64,000 nucleotides of DNA from Monocercomonoides exilis PA203 (lineage: Eukaryota > Protista > Preaxostyla), in contig LSRY02000030.1 in NCBI GenBank assembly GCA_001643675.2, positions 930,001 to 994,000 on the forward strand, written 5' to 3'. A program made the position numbers and the translations under genes. The notes under the pieces are model-generated. The model had not been told where the DNA came from and did not search any database. It saw only the letters and a program-made list of their open reading frames with translations. This document shows, one piece after another, positions 23,125-34,964 of this stretch (within the stretch, counting starts at the first letter, position 1; every line of letters starts with the position of its first letter).

Positions 23125-26100
23125 ATGGAACGAATCAAGTTTTCTCTTTTATCAAACTCGAGGAAAAGCGAAAGATGTAAAGATGTTTGGGAGTATCTAA
23201 CAAACAAATCTGCAAATGACTGTGTGGAAATGCTGAAGTACATGTTTTTCCATACAAATACGGGTAAAAAAATATTTCCCCATATTCAAAAAATATTTAA
23301 CGGTTTGTTATTATTTTTTGTATTTATATTTATATTAGTCAAACTCTTTTAAATTTTTGATTACTGAAGATCGAAATCAATATGTAATTTTACGATTAGC
23401 GTCTGCGTATAATCGAGAAGAAAATCCACATACAAAAGTGACGCTTTTAAAATGTGTTTGCCAGGAATATGCCCTATCGCAATTGATCGATTTGGGCTTT
23501 GAATGCTCTCATGGAAGCTATTATCACGCAAAGGACAATAGCTCTTACACATCGTTTGATTTTCAAACTCCGAAAAAGGCTGCTCTTCCCCCCTCAAAAC
23601 GAAGTTTGATCTAATTCTTTATTGAAAAAAATGTGAAACTGTTCATCTCTAATTTGTTCTTTGTCATATATAAACATTTTTATAGAGATGAGCCCAGAAG
23701 ATGAAAAAGTTTTCACTGATTTCATAAATGAAAATTCAACCGAATCATCGAAATGCATTTGTAAGTTGTCGCAACAAAATAACAGTTTGTCTTCTAATTG
23801 GGTTCATTAATTAAAAGTGTTGAAGAATTATCACTTTCAGAATCTTCAATGGAAATAGATGATGATTTTAAAATCATAAACTGCAGTGAAGAAATGGAAG
23901 AAGATGAAGATCCTCTATATGATTATTTCACAGAGAACAACACAAGAAGCGAATATTTGCAGACAACAGAAGAATCAAACAATTCAAAAAACAATGAATT
24001 CATTCACATGGAGATAGATGATGAAATTTCTCTTTTGGATGTTCAATGTGAAATGGATGAAGAAAGCTGCTTCGAACCGGAAATAAATTTGGATTTATCA
24101 GAATTAGCATCACAAATCAATAATGGAGAAAATATGGAGATTGAAAAAAATGAAGAACTGCATTATTCCAACGAAACCAATGAGAATTCGATAAAGAATA
24201 GTCAAGGCTCAATTTCTTCTTGCAGCTCAATCATCGAATGCTGTTCACAGAATCATCAGCACGCTGCACAAACTGGAACACTGAGAGAAAACAATACTTA
24301 TTGTCCGTTACCAAACATGGGAAACACTTGTTATCTCGCTGCAATGCTACAAGTGTTCCGTTCTATTTATTTGCACTCAGAACGATTTTGTACTCGAAAA
24401 GGAAGGATTTCACACTATTTGCATCGTTTACTGGACATTGTCCAACCTTTGGATTTATCAGTTAACATAAACAATGATAATGTCCCACAATCTTGGTCCT
24501 TGCCTTTTGTGAGATGTTGGGAAAAAAGGCATGGACTGAGAAAGGGTGAACAACAAGAATGTTATGAAACATTTTTTAATATGTACCAGGATCTCATATC
24601 AATAACACCAGCATTAGCAAACCAAATGAGAACGAACCAATCATTTCCAAGAAAATGTTGTGAATGTGGATCATATGAGGATGGAATTTGTGAATCAACT
24701 CCATTAATTCGACTTCACGGTTCAGATGTCATTTCGGAATTTAATGAATCATTCTCATCAGGTCAAACAAATACAAACAACAGAGAGGCCTTTTGTCTCA
24801 GATGTCAGAAAAATACAGATCAATATTCAATAATGAATATCCTTCAATTCCCTCATATTTTAACAATCACTCTTGAATCTGATAAATTTGATCAAAAGAA
24901 AATATACAACATTCCATTACAAATTTCATTTTTTGAGAATGAAGAAACAATTAAGGCTTTTCCTTTTTATTCAGAAAATATGTACAATTATCGATTGATA
25001 GCAGTCCTGTTTTATCGAGGATCGAAAGATTGCGGACATTTTTATGCAATGTGCAGAAGCAGATGCACATCCCCAAAATGTACATCATACAAAGATTGTT
25101 GGTATATTTGTAACGACGGAGAAATATCCTTCATTAATAATGAAATTACAACAGAAACAAACTCTCACATAAACAAAGGTTCAATTCCGTTTATGATTGT
25201 TTACTCTCAGGAGAATCGTGGATGCATTCCTGTTTCCGATATTGCTTCACCAAATTTGTTTCAATTGGGACTATCACATCAAGGAAGTTCTTTTTCGAAT
25301 AATATTTCATCAATGAATCAGAGGAAAACAAATGTTCGTTCGGTTTGCATTAATTGTGATGGTTTATTACAAGATCCTTCTTATTCACTTCATCCTAATA
25401 CGACAAATCCACATCATTCCACTTCACCTTCAGTAATATATGATGATGAAATTACTAATGTCCATTCTTCGTCAGAAAATCACCACAAAAAATCGACCTT
25501 ATTTGGTTTATCAAATCGACATTCCGAATGTTCCATCACATCTGAAATTGATACTTCATTTCTTCCTTTTTCTAACGAGTTTTCTTCTAATTGCAATTAT
25601 CAAACGAACTCAAAAGACTGTGAAACTAATAATACAACAATTAATAATCATCTCACTCATAATTCAACCGCATCTACAAAACTAAATGGAAAACAATCTC
25701 TCTTTCCAGAAATGATTTCATCCAGCCAATTGAGAGAAACAAAAAACAGATCAACAAATCCTAACCGATACTTTTCAACCCTTCACAATTATCGACATAA
25801 AGATTCACAAAATGCAAACGTCAATAATCCATTCTTTCATGGTTCTCCAAACAATTCTTATTCACATATCAAAAAACAAAAAGTTCGTATCATCAATTCA
25901 ACAAAAGCGCAGCTATTCAGAAAGTTAATGGAAACCACGAATATTAAAATGTCAAAAAGTTCTTTCTACAAAAAGACGAAACACCTTAAAAGGGCTTCCA
26001 GGCGAACTGACTTGTGCAACTTATGTGAAATGTTCAATCATCTGAAGAAAAAAGAAGAATATCTAAAAACAAAATCACAAACATTGAATGATCAAGAGCA

Positions 26101-27097
26101 ACAAACAATAAGACTTATTGAAAAACATCGTTTTCTGGCGTCAAATCAACGTCAACACTTCCATAAAATCAAAAAGAACATTTCATTTTCGGAAGCGTTG
26201 GTTTTGTTCGATTTCAAAGAGAATTGGACGCTTCCTATTTGCAAAAATCAAATTAGCCGAGATTATTACGAAAAAGAGGAAATCACACATTTTTGTGTAA
26301 TTGTTTACATTGTTAACAAGAAAGGAGACAAAGAAAAGCACATTTTTAACTTCTTCTCAAACGCTCTTTCTCACGACTACCGTTTCACCATTGAATGTCT
26401 GAAGCAAGTTTTGGAAAATGAAATCGTTAAAGACAAGCAAACTCTTCATTTTGCATGTGATACAGGGCCACACTTTCGGAATTCCCAGCTTATGCATTTT
26501 CTCCTTTCTGACAACTCTTCTCCCGTCAAAGGGAAACGAACAACTCTTTCGTTTTTCTGTGAAAAACATGGAAAAAGTGAATGTGACGGAGAATTCGGGA
26601 ATCTGACAAACTGTGTGAAAAATAACTTGCCCAATGGACCTTCACTTAATAATATTGATGAACTTATTAAATTTCTGAAAGACCATTCAGATGACTCATA
26701 TGATTCCCTCCATAACAACTCGGATAATTATCAAAAGACAACGCGATATTTTGTCAAGTGTGATGCAATTATGTAAATTTTGTTTTTATTTTCTTCATTT
26801 CTTTATTAACTCAGACACTCTTCTGGAAATAAAATACGATGGAGGAAAATTGAAGCGAAGTCCATAAAGACGTATTTGTTCTATGAGAAACGAGGTCATC
26901 AAATTTTCAGATCTGTGCGTTCACCACAAGATTCCCGAGGAAAAGAGTTAATGAACTTCCTTGAAAAAAGCATAAGAGATGAAAGGATGATAAAATCCTC
27001 TAAAAAATATTCTCGCAAAACAGAAATGTTTGAAATAGGGAATGCTACAAGAAAATTATTAAATGATAGGGAAAATTTGGATACAATTTGTTTTTAA
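23125..27097 (+). mobile_element. Spliced Sola2-like DDD transposase gene with an inserted USP domain (approximate exons 23125-23302, ~23370-23603, 23686-23760, ~23800-26757, 26815-27097)
   Basis: The C-terminal part of the 992-aa ORF has TDLCNLC, FDFKENW (D at 26210), SHD, CDTGPHFRN (D at 26459) and FFCEKHGKSECDGEFG (D at 26585). Upstream exons encode LGFECSHGSYYHAK, LPPSK and FINENSTESS. The last intron 26758-26814 restores the frame. The 5' splice junctions are uncertain. Confidence 0.75.
24299..25210 (+). CDS. Ubiquitin-specific protease (peptidase C19) domain within the transposase ORF
   Basis: Cys box LPNMGNTCYLAAMLQ (Cys at 24329), EQQECYE, finger zinc ribbon CCEC...CLRC, PHILTITL, His box YRLIAVLFYRGSKDCGHFYA (His at 25037), WYICNDGEI, FMIVY. 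Confidence 0.9.
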
Positions 27098-27134
27098 AGT
27101 TCTGGTCTTTTTGATGAGTAATTTTGTTTTTGTT

Positions 27135-27381
27135 GAATTTTATATTGAAACGAATGACGTTTTTTGATTCGTCTGCTGCTCAAGCCATTAAGTATTTGCT
27201 TCCAACAAATGCTTTCTGGTACCTCAATTTTCGCTCTTGAGCGAAATAAATGAGGCTAGGCTGATTCCGTCCTGGGACTGTGCTGTGACCGGTCCAGCAC
27301 AGTCCCTTGAAGGCTTTGGGTCCAGAATCAGCCTCCCAGGGTAGACAATCATTTAATAAATTCGTTTCAATATTGAAATTC
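27135..27381 (+). ncRNA. Putative ~250-nt highly structured RNA of unknown class just downstream of the transposase stop
   Basis: Nested complementary segments: 27135-27155/27360-27381, 27165-27177/27340-27351, 27184-27198/27206-27220, 27222-27235/27240-27255, 27258-27267/27325-27334, 27274-27285/27295-27306. GC-rich core in AT-rich DNA; G-U pairs work on the plus strand. Confidence 0.65.
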
Positions 27382-28689
27382 TTTTTTTCATTTGTTTTAT
27401 TTTTTTCTGTTTTTCAAATGTCGGCATTTGATGTTTTATTTTTATGTATCACATTGCTTTCTATTAAAATTATTCATTTTTCAATTAACTTTTGTTCAGT
27501 GAAAAGATCAAGAAATGTATTATGTTAATATTGAATTATAATTCACAAGTTTTCTTCACATTTTCAGAGCAGATTGGATTAGTAATTTGAAGTGCGTGGA
27601 AAAAAAACCAGAACTCTCGTTGATTTAGCTTTGAATAAACGATAATATTTGTATAAACTGAAATTGAGAAGCAAATCATAGAATGATTTATCTATTGATA
27701 TTGATCAAAAAGCTAATTCATAAAGTTTGTTTTCATTGTGACAATGAAATGTTCTGTTTAAAAAAATCAATTGTGAATGATTTATAAATGCAACTGTTGC
27801 TTTTCAACAATTTGCTGTAACGCTTTCTTTTTAGAAAATCGAAATGCCTGCGAAGCGTTTTTGAAGCGCGAAAAAACGCTGACAAAGATTCATAAATATT
27901 GCCTAAATGATGAATTACACTTCAATATAGACCAAAATATTTTTTGGAATTCACTTTTAAATGCAAAGAAGATTTTGAATGCTAAGATGAATATTTTGTT
28001 AATAAGGAAAGAAGTGAAAATGAACGAAGAAAGGAACGGAGAAAAAAGAATCCATAAAAAAGAACAGAATTCAGAGAGCGAAGGAAAGTCCAAAGATGAG
28101 CATCCAATTGAAAACAAGGCTTTTGAATATTATGTTCAAATCATAGAAAAATCAACGAAAATCTAATAACGAAGCTTTTTATTGACATCATATAGCTTCG
28201 ATTTATCATGAAGCTGATTAAGCTTTATTCATCCTTCTTTCGTTTTTTTGTTTGAGCGCATTTCCACAAATATTCATAATAAGATTTTTCTTTCTTTTTC
28301 CTTCTTTGTATTTATGTGATCTGAATTGCTTTTTTTGATGATAAGAATAAATGTTATTTATATATTATTAATTTCAAGGAAAGTCACTTTATTCCCGTTT
28401 TGTGAGTGATAGTGTTCAACTTCTTTGTAAAGTTCACTTATGACAACTTCAATAATGAAATTTAACGTCTTCTTCTTCTTCTTCTTCTTCGTTGTCTTCT
28501 TCATCTTCCTCCTTTTCTTCTCCTTCTCCTTCTCTTTCTTCCTCTTCCTCTTCCTCTTCTCCTCCTCCTCTTCTCCTCCTCCTCTTCTCCTCCTCCTATA
28601 TTTTCCTCCTCCTCTTCATTCCAAAGAAGAAAACAATCTAATGTTACAGCATCAGCGATACGATAACGGTGCAGGCGTCAATCCTTTTT

Positions 28690-30140
28690 CGTCAAGATTT
28701 TCAAATTTTCTCTGTCAGATTGTTAGGAAAGACATTCACAGAGATCGACAACGTGAGATGAGTGCAATACGATTTGAGAAATTGCTCAGGAGAAATAATG
28801 AATGATAAAGAAAGAGAAAAAAAAAAGAAGAAGTCCTCAGAAATCGAGCTACAACATCACGAGGCAGTGAATGAGATGAGGACACTGCGGTCGGTGCAAA
28901 GCGAACGGAAAAAAGGCAGAAGGAGAGAAGACGACAAGACAATCGAAGTGGCTTCGTGGAAGCAAACATAACAAGAAGTGGAAAAAAAGAAACTTGTTTT
29001 CAAACTGTGGCTGTCGGGGGATGATGGAGAGGAGAAGCTGAAGACCGAAAAGTTGCAGATGCATGAGAAGAAGGAGATTGATACGAACCTGAAGCATTAT
29101 ATGTATAAACCTATGTTAAGGCACAATATTTTTGCACTTTCCAAAATGAAACTTACGTTACATTTGACTCACTTGTTGTCAATGCTATCGCTAACGATGA
29201 TATTCTAAGAGGAATAGCGTTTTGAGGAGCAAATGAAAAAGCTGGTATGGAACAACGAAGAAAAGAGGAGAATGATGATTGAGGAGCACAAACGAGAGAT
29301 TATGCAGAGAGAGAATAAGGAGAAAGCAAAGAACGCAGAAAAGTCAAATACTTCAAAAATTATTGTCACAGTTCATCCTTTTGCAGATGTGTCTCAGAAG
29401 TTGCAAACGGTAAAAGCAGCCCACAAGACATATAAGTGAACACCGTTTCTCATCCAACCTCGCTTCCATCCACTTTTTCAATTTTCAATATCATCTATGA
29501 GCAGCCAAGGCAACATCTTTCCTTAAAGGTGAAAAAACCAGTTTGGTCAACAAAATTCAACTTGTCAACTTTCAAGAGATAATCTCCCACGTGGACGAGC
29601 TTGTGTCCGTTATGAAGCAGTACCTGATGCTATTCTATAAAATTTGTGGAACAGGAGAGGGCAAAGTGGACTGGAGAGTTATTAAAAGTGACAAGGAAGT
29701 TGAAGAGGTTCAGGAAAGAGCAGACAGAAAAGAAAAAGGAAAAACTTCATGCGGAGCTGAGGAAGCTGAATGAAGGAGAAAAGACAGGCGATAAGATGAC
29801 TGCGAAGTTGAATTAGAAATCGGAGTTAAGGAGACGCATAGAAGAGAAAAAGATGATTTTGAAGAAGGAGAACGAGTAGAGCAAAGGGTTTGTTCAGAAC
29901 GATAAGCTGCCACAGTTTGTGAGCTCCCCGAACAGTAAAACTTCTCAGGCATATCCAATATCTTCTTCTTCTCCTTTTTCTTCTGCTGATGCTTCAAATT
30001 TGAGGTCATCAAAAACAAACATCTTCAAAAGTTTTCTGTTAATTTGATTGACTTTACAGTTTTTACGTATTTCTCATTATGACTGGATTTCAAAGGAGAT
30101 GTGGCAAAGACAGACGAACAGAAATGTGAAATATGCGTGA
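28690..30140 (+). pseudogene. Decayed coding-like region rich in Glu/Lys codons; product unknown
   Basis: Chain of short purine-rich plus-strand ORFs (28762-28971, 28978-29208, 29233-29439, 29543-29773) separated by stops; no motif recognised. Confidence 0.3.
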
Positions 30141-31519
30141 TTGGTTATATTAGCATTTTTTTGGAGTTGTTAAGTGTAATTTTCGAAACTTTTTATTTTA
30201 TATATATGTACTGAAGGATCAGAATATATTTGTTTTTCTTATTAGTAATTTTGTGCTTTCATGAAACAACTTAAATATTTGTTGTTTTCACTTTTCTTCT
30301 TCTTCTTCTTCTTTCTCATCCATGAACTTTTTTGACTCATTTCAGAATATGCAATTTCCCTATCTCATCTCTTGCGTGACATCTCAGCTATTCAAGCCGC
30401 TCTCAACACGCAAATTCGCTTCCTCTGCCCTTCCAACGAAGATACAATTTCACTTCCTTCTTTTCTCCAAAAATAGAAAACAATAAAATTTTCAACAAAC
30501 ACTTCTTGGCCTTCTGCCACCAAAACGATTCATTTTCCAGGTGCAGATGAGCACACCACATGCACAACTTCCTTCTGTGATGATTCAGGGAAACCATTGA
30601 AGAAGGGATGAAAGAGAGGCAGGGAGAGAAAGCGAGGAAGAAGAAAGGAGGCTTGAACAACCGATTTGGCAGGATCTGCACTCAATATCATCGTTATTGA
30701 TGCTTCTGGAGGTGTATCAAGGAAACCATGTGGAGCGGCTTGAAAAGAGAGAGAGAAAGCGAAAACAGAAAAATTAAAGAAAGAGAAGAGGAAGAGAGAA
30801 GAGCAAAAAGATAAGGAATTTTAGGAAATAGCCCAGATGATGGAAAAGAAAAAGATTAGCAAGGAAAGCCAGAAGAGAAACATGAGAAAGAAGCGAAAGA
30901 CAGAAAAGAAGAGAAGGCCAAGGAAGGCACTGAAGAAAAGAAGGAGAAGAAAAAAAGAGAGAGTGAGAGATAAAAGAAAAGAAAAAGAAATGCGATCATA
31001 AGGAGAACTTTATTTTTACTGTTTATGGAGTAAAATTATCTCAAAATGTCTCGCTTTGAAAAGAACTGTTTGCAATTAATTTATTAGATAAATTGAGTGT
31101 CAAATTCAACATTGTTACAATTTTTCTTTTGGACTTAGAAACACAGACAGATTATATTTTTTAAAAAAACATGACTAACATTTTTAAACTGCGAATCAAT
31201 AATTACTGTGAAGAATAAAATGCCAATTTTAAAGAAAAGAAAAAATGAAAACGAGAAATACATGGAATTCAATGAAGCTTTTATAACAATAACATTCGGT
31301 TAAATGAGAGAATTATAAGATTTTAAACAACTGACACTCAAATTATTGCAAAGTTTGATACAATAATGGATAGTGTTGCTGCGTATTTGAAACAAACAAT
31401 AAAGTGATTTTGTTTTTCATTTTTGTTCACGATTATACAAAACAGTAACATTTGACAAAAATTTTCCAAATTGAAATGATTGCATTCTATTGGATAGCGC
31501 AACATCATCATAATAGATC

Positions 31520-31777
31520 ATAAACATTCATGTAATATGTACGATCCGTAAAAGTTGTTTTTCATCAAAAAAGACAAATATCAAACAAGTTACGTTTTTT
31601 ATAATGGTCATCAAAAAATAATCATATAAAAACTATTTGTTTTTATAATTGTTGACTTGAAAGTTGATGTATGATATTATTCATGATGCCTGAAAGCATT
31701 TTTGATGTTTGAAAACTGTTTTTTCATAATCTTAAACTTTCACCGAAAAAAAGTATGATCCCAAAAATAATTACCCA
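31520..31777. mobile_element. Degraded MITE family A (right TIR clear, left end approximate)
   Basis: CCGAAAAAAAGTATGATCCCAAAAATAATTACCCA|TA at 31743-31779. Confidence 0.5.
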
Positions 31778-31814
31778 TATGTGAAAACGAGCATCGTTTA
31801 CATAAAAATAAATA

Positions 31815-31942
31815 ATGTTGTGACATTTTACGAATGTCAATAAATGAACCCATTTTTATTGTGTTTTTTGATCTGAAAAAGTCAATGAAAAGTGCATAAT
31901 TTTTCAATGAAAATGTTTGAAGCAAAATATTTTGCACCAAAT
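31815..31942 (-). mobile_element. Partial MITE, family B
   Basis: Reverse complement matches the 5' half of 57892-58161 (cattttcattgaaaaattatgcacttttc.ttgacttttt...gacattcgt.aaatgtcac). Confidence 0.7.
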
Positions 31943-32233
31943 GTTTTAAATTTGCAGACAATCAATATTTTATTCAAAATAATCAACTTCAGAATTTTGC
32001 GTATTCATCAGAATAAAAAGAAGCATCTTCTTCGTTATCAATGCCCTTCGTATCTTCTTCAGTTTCGTTATTGCGCAACTCATGAAGAGTACCATAAACT
32101 TAATAAATAAATCATTTTTTGTTAAATTTCAACTCATCATCCGCACTTATCGATATTTCTTTTGTTTCAAAATATTTCCTTTTTTGAAAAATAATAACAA
32201 AGATTGGGTCTGTATTTTGAAAAGCAAGCCAAA

Positions 32234-32489
32234 TGGGTGATTATTTTTGGAATCAAATTTTTCCGTCAAATATAAAGATTTGAAACCTTGTTATGATTAT
32301 TCACAAATGAACCGTGAAAAGTGAAAAGGCTAATTCAAGACATTTTCATCTATGTTTCGGCTCAAACTATTGCCTATGAAACTGTTGTGATGTATTTTGC
32401 ATTTTTAAATAAATCTCTTCCCAATGACAAATATTTGTTGAAAAAACAACGTACCGAAAAAAAGTTATAAATTCAAAAATACTCACCCA
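32234..32489. mobile_element. MITE family A (256 bp)
   Basis: TGGGTGATTATTTTTGGAATC ... TTCAAAAATACTCACCCA terminal inverted repeats. Confidence 0.75.
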
Positions 32490-32513
32490 AATATATAAAT
32501 ATATACATTCATA

Positions 32514-32768
32514 TGGGTTATTCTCTTTGAAAAATCACAAATGTGAAATTTTTTGATTCAATAAAAATGTTCATTATTTGATCATTTTATATAATTAATC
32601 AATCATTTTTCTCCAACATGCACTTTTTCTCTCATCAAATGGGTTTGTGAATTCTGATTGAATATGTTACAAAGTTTTAAGCATTTAAAGCAAAAAATGA
32701 TAATATAATGAACAATTTTTTTTAACCCAAATATTAAACAAATCCGACTTTTCAAAAAGAATGACCCA
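32514..32768. mobile_element. MITE with family-A-like TIRs (255 bp, TA-flanked)
   Basis: TA|TGGGTTATTCTCTTTGAAAA ... TTTTCAAAAAGAATGACCCA|TA. Confidence 0.75.
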
Positions 32769-33275
32769 TATATAAAAAAATATTTTTCATTGATTTACGG
32801 AAAGATTTTGAGCATTCTTCGCTGAGACGCAAATTTACACAAAATACGAGATTTCATGGAAAATCTTCTTTCTTTAAAGTCAAACCTATATGATAATTTG
32901 TCATTAATTATTAAAAAATCTGACGGTTGTCAAAAAGGAAGGCAATTATATCTCTCAAACCACTTTTAGTTTTTTACCAAAATGTTATTAAAATAATCAA
33001 ATAAAACTAATGCTCTCTTAACATTCATTGGTAATCGCTTCCATAATTACAATAAATTATTAAAAAAAGTATTAATACGAACAATTGCAATTGTTGAAAT
33101 TATACAAATTAAAAACATTAACTTTTTTTTAAAAAGAAGCTTTAAAAATTAAACAAATGATATATTTTTCAAACAACTTATATCATGCTAAATTATATGG
33201 TGAAATCACAACATTTGACAGTTAAATCGAAAACATTCGTTTAATGGAAATAAACGATTAAAACAGTGACAATCA

Positions 33276-34804
33276 TCATTCATCATCATTTTTATTCGTT
33301 TCTTTTTCTTCTTCCACTTCTCCAAACAGTGGAATTGCAAATGGAGGGTCATCTTTATTGCTTCTTCTGCTGCGTGTTGTAAGATATTTGCGCTGGGCAA
33401 TCTGCAGCTCCTCCAAAAATGTTAAATTATGCTTTGGCTTTTTATCAGGAATAGTTTGCCCATCAGAAGAAGAGAGAGCATTAAGCATTGAAGATGAATC
33501 CGTAGAGCGTGCAGTAGGCGAATTCGGTAATAGATCAGGCGAAGAAGACTGAAGCTTCTGTTTTTCTGTTTTTCTTTTCTTTGTTTCTTCTCTCTTTTCA
33601 GCCTTCTTTTTGTCTTCTTTCTCTTTTTTCAGATCTCTCTTTCCATCTTTCTTCTTTTCGAAGGCAGACTGTCCCCTTTCATTGTCTAAGTTTTCTTTTT
33701 GCTTTGCCCTTGCAATTATTTTGTCCTCTTCTTTATCTGAGCTTAGTGAATCGTTTAATCCATCGCTGTCGTTCTCCTCTGCTTTCTCTTCCGCAGCTTT
33801 TCCCCGCTCTTCATTGTTCCCTTCATCTTTCGAGTCTTTCAACTGCTTTTCCTTTTCCTTTTCTTTTTCTTTTTTCCGTTTCAATTCGTCTTCTCTTTCC
33901 TTTTTCTCTCTTTCGTGATCTGATTTCAGTACCTTCACAGGACGAGGATGAACAAAACGCTTTTGTGATGGCGTCCCAAAAGGAAGAATGGCCGGCGCCT
34001 GTGCAATTGGCAAGCGAGGCGCCAAGGGCGATGCATCACGCATGGCTTGCGGCTGAAGAGAAGAAAGAGAAGAAATGGAGGGATATGCAAAAGAAAGGTT
34101 CATTGATGAAGGAGATGATGAAGTGATTGATGCGATTGATGAAGTTGTGGTGGAATAGAATGATGGCGATAATGTTGAAGTGGAAGAGGAAAATGGTGAA
34201 GTGGTTGAAATGGGTGATTGGTGAAGCTGTGGGGCCAGTTGTGCTGACTTCTTTTTTAAAGCCTGTTCCCTTTCAATCTCCAACTCAGCTTTCTTTCTTT
34301 CTTCATCTTCATCCAAGCGTCGATCAATTTCTTCGCTCAGAATTTCCTTTTATTGTGCAATTACATTGTATATATAAATTGTATATTTCAGAATTATACA
34401 CATGAATAAAAATAACTAAAAAAAAAAACCTTAACGATAGTTTGACTTTCATCAGAAAAAACAAGAGCTTCAATTTGCTTCTTTGTTTCTTCCAAAATCC
34501 TAGACTGAACTTCGCCGCAAAGCCATTGCTGAAAAGAATGATCAACGTACATGTTTGGCAGTTTCAAAAACATTTTCAATTTTTTTCTTGAAGATTCCGA
34601 AAAAAAAGAGCCTTCATCAGAAGATTGCTTCATTTTCAATATATTTTCACGAATTAAAAATAGTTGTTCGTTTGCTCCCGACTCTAATTTAGACAAAATC
34701 GATTCTCCATGGACCCCAGCAAGATTTATAGCTTCAATCATGTTCCTCTGAAATAACAAAAAGTCGAAGTTATTTTTTATGCTATCAAGCGCCTTTTCCG
34801 ACAT
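33276..34804 (-). CDS. Hypothetical protein, two exons (34804 to ~34430, ~34346 to 33276), with low-complexity Ser- and Lys/Glu-rich C-terminus
   Basis: ORFs 34394-34804 and 33276-34316 join in frame across a GT-AG intron (...QTIVK/EILSEEIDRRLDEDEERKK...). Confidence 0.65.
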
Positions 34805-34964
34805 TCTTATGCACCGTTATATGTATATTTTTTATAGTCGAACAATCAACGATTGTGCAGATTTCGAAAAAAAATCAATAATTTTTAATTCCGCAACTGA
34901 CGAAGTTGGGGATCTGATTTATTTCGTTTCAGATAAGAGTGCTGTCATTTTAATTCAAACAAAA
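34805..34964. promoter_or_regulatory. Probable compact bidirectional promoter
   Basis: Only 160 bp separates two divergent ATGs (34804 on minus, 34965 on plus). Confidence 0.5.

Noticed and set aside
27250-27345. tRNA-Sec, SECIS, HDV/hammerhead ribozyme or Helitron 3' end as the identity of the hairpin region
   Set aside because: No cloverleaf or T-loop, no AUGA/AA/GA SECIS geometry, no ribozyme core motifs. The minus-strand CTAG is not followed by T and there is no Rep/helicase.
23125-27400. Fanzor/TnpB nuclease associated with the Sola-like element
   Set aside because: No RuvC or terminal zinc-finger motifs in any ORF or spliced frame that I could read.
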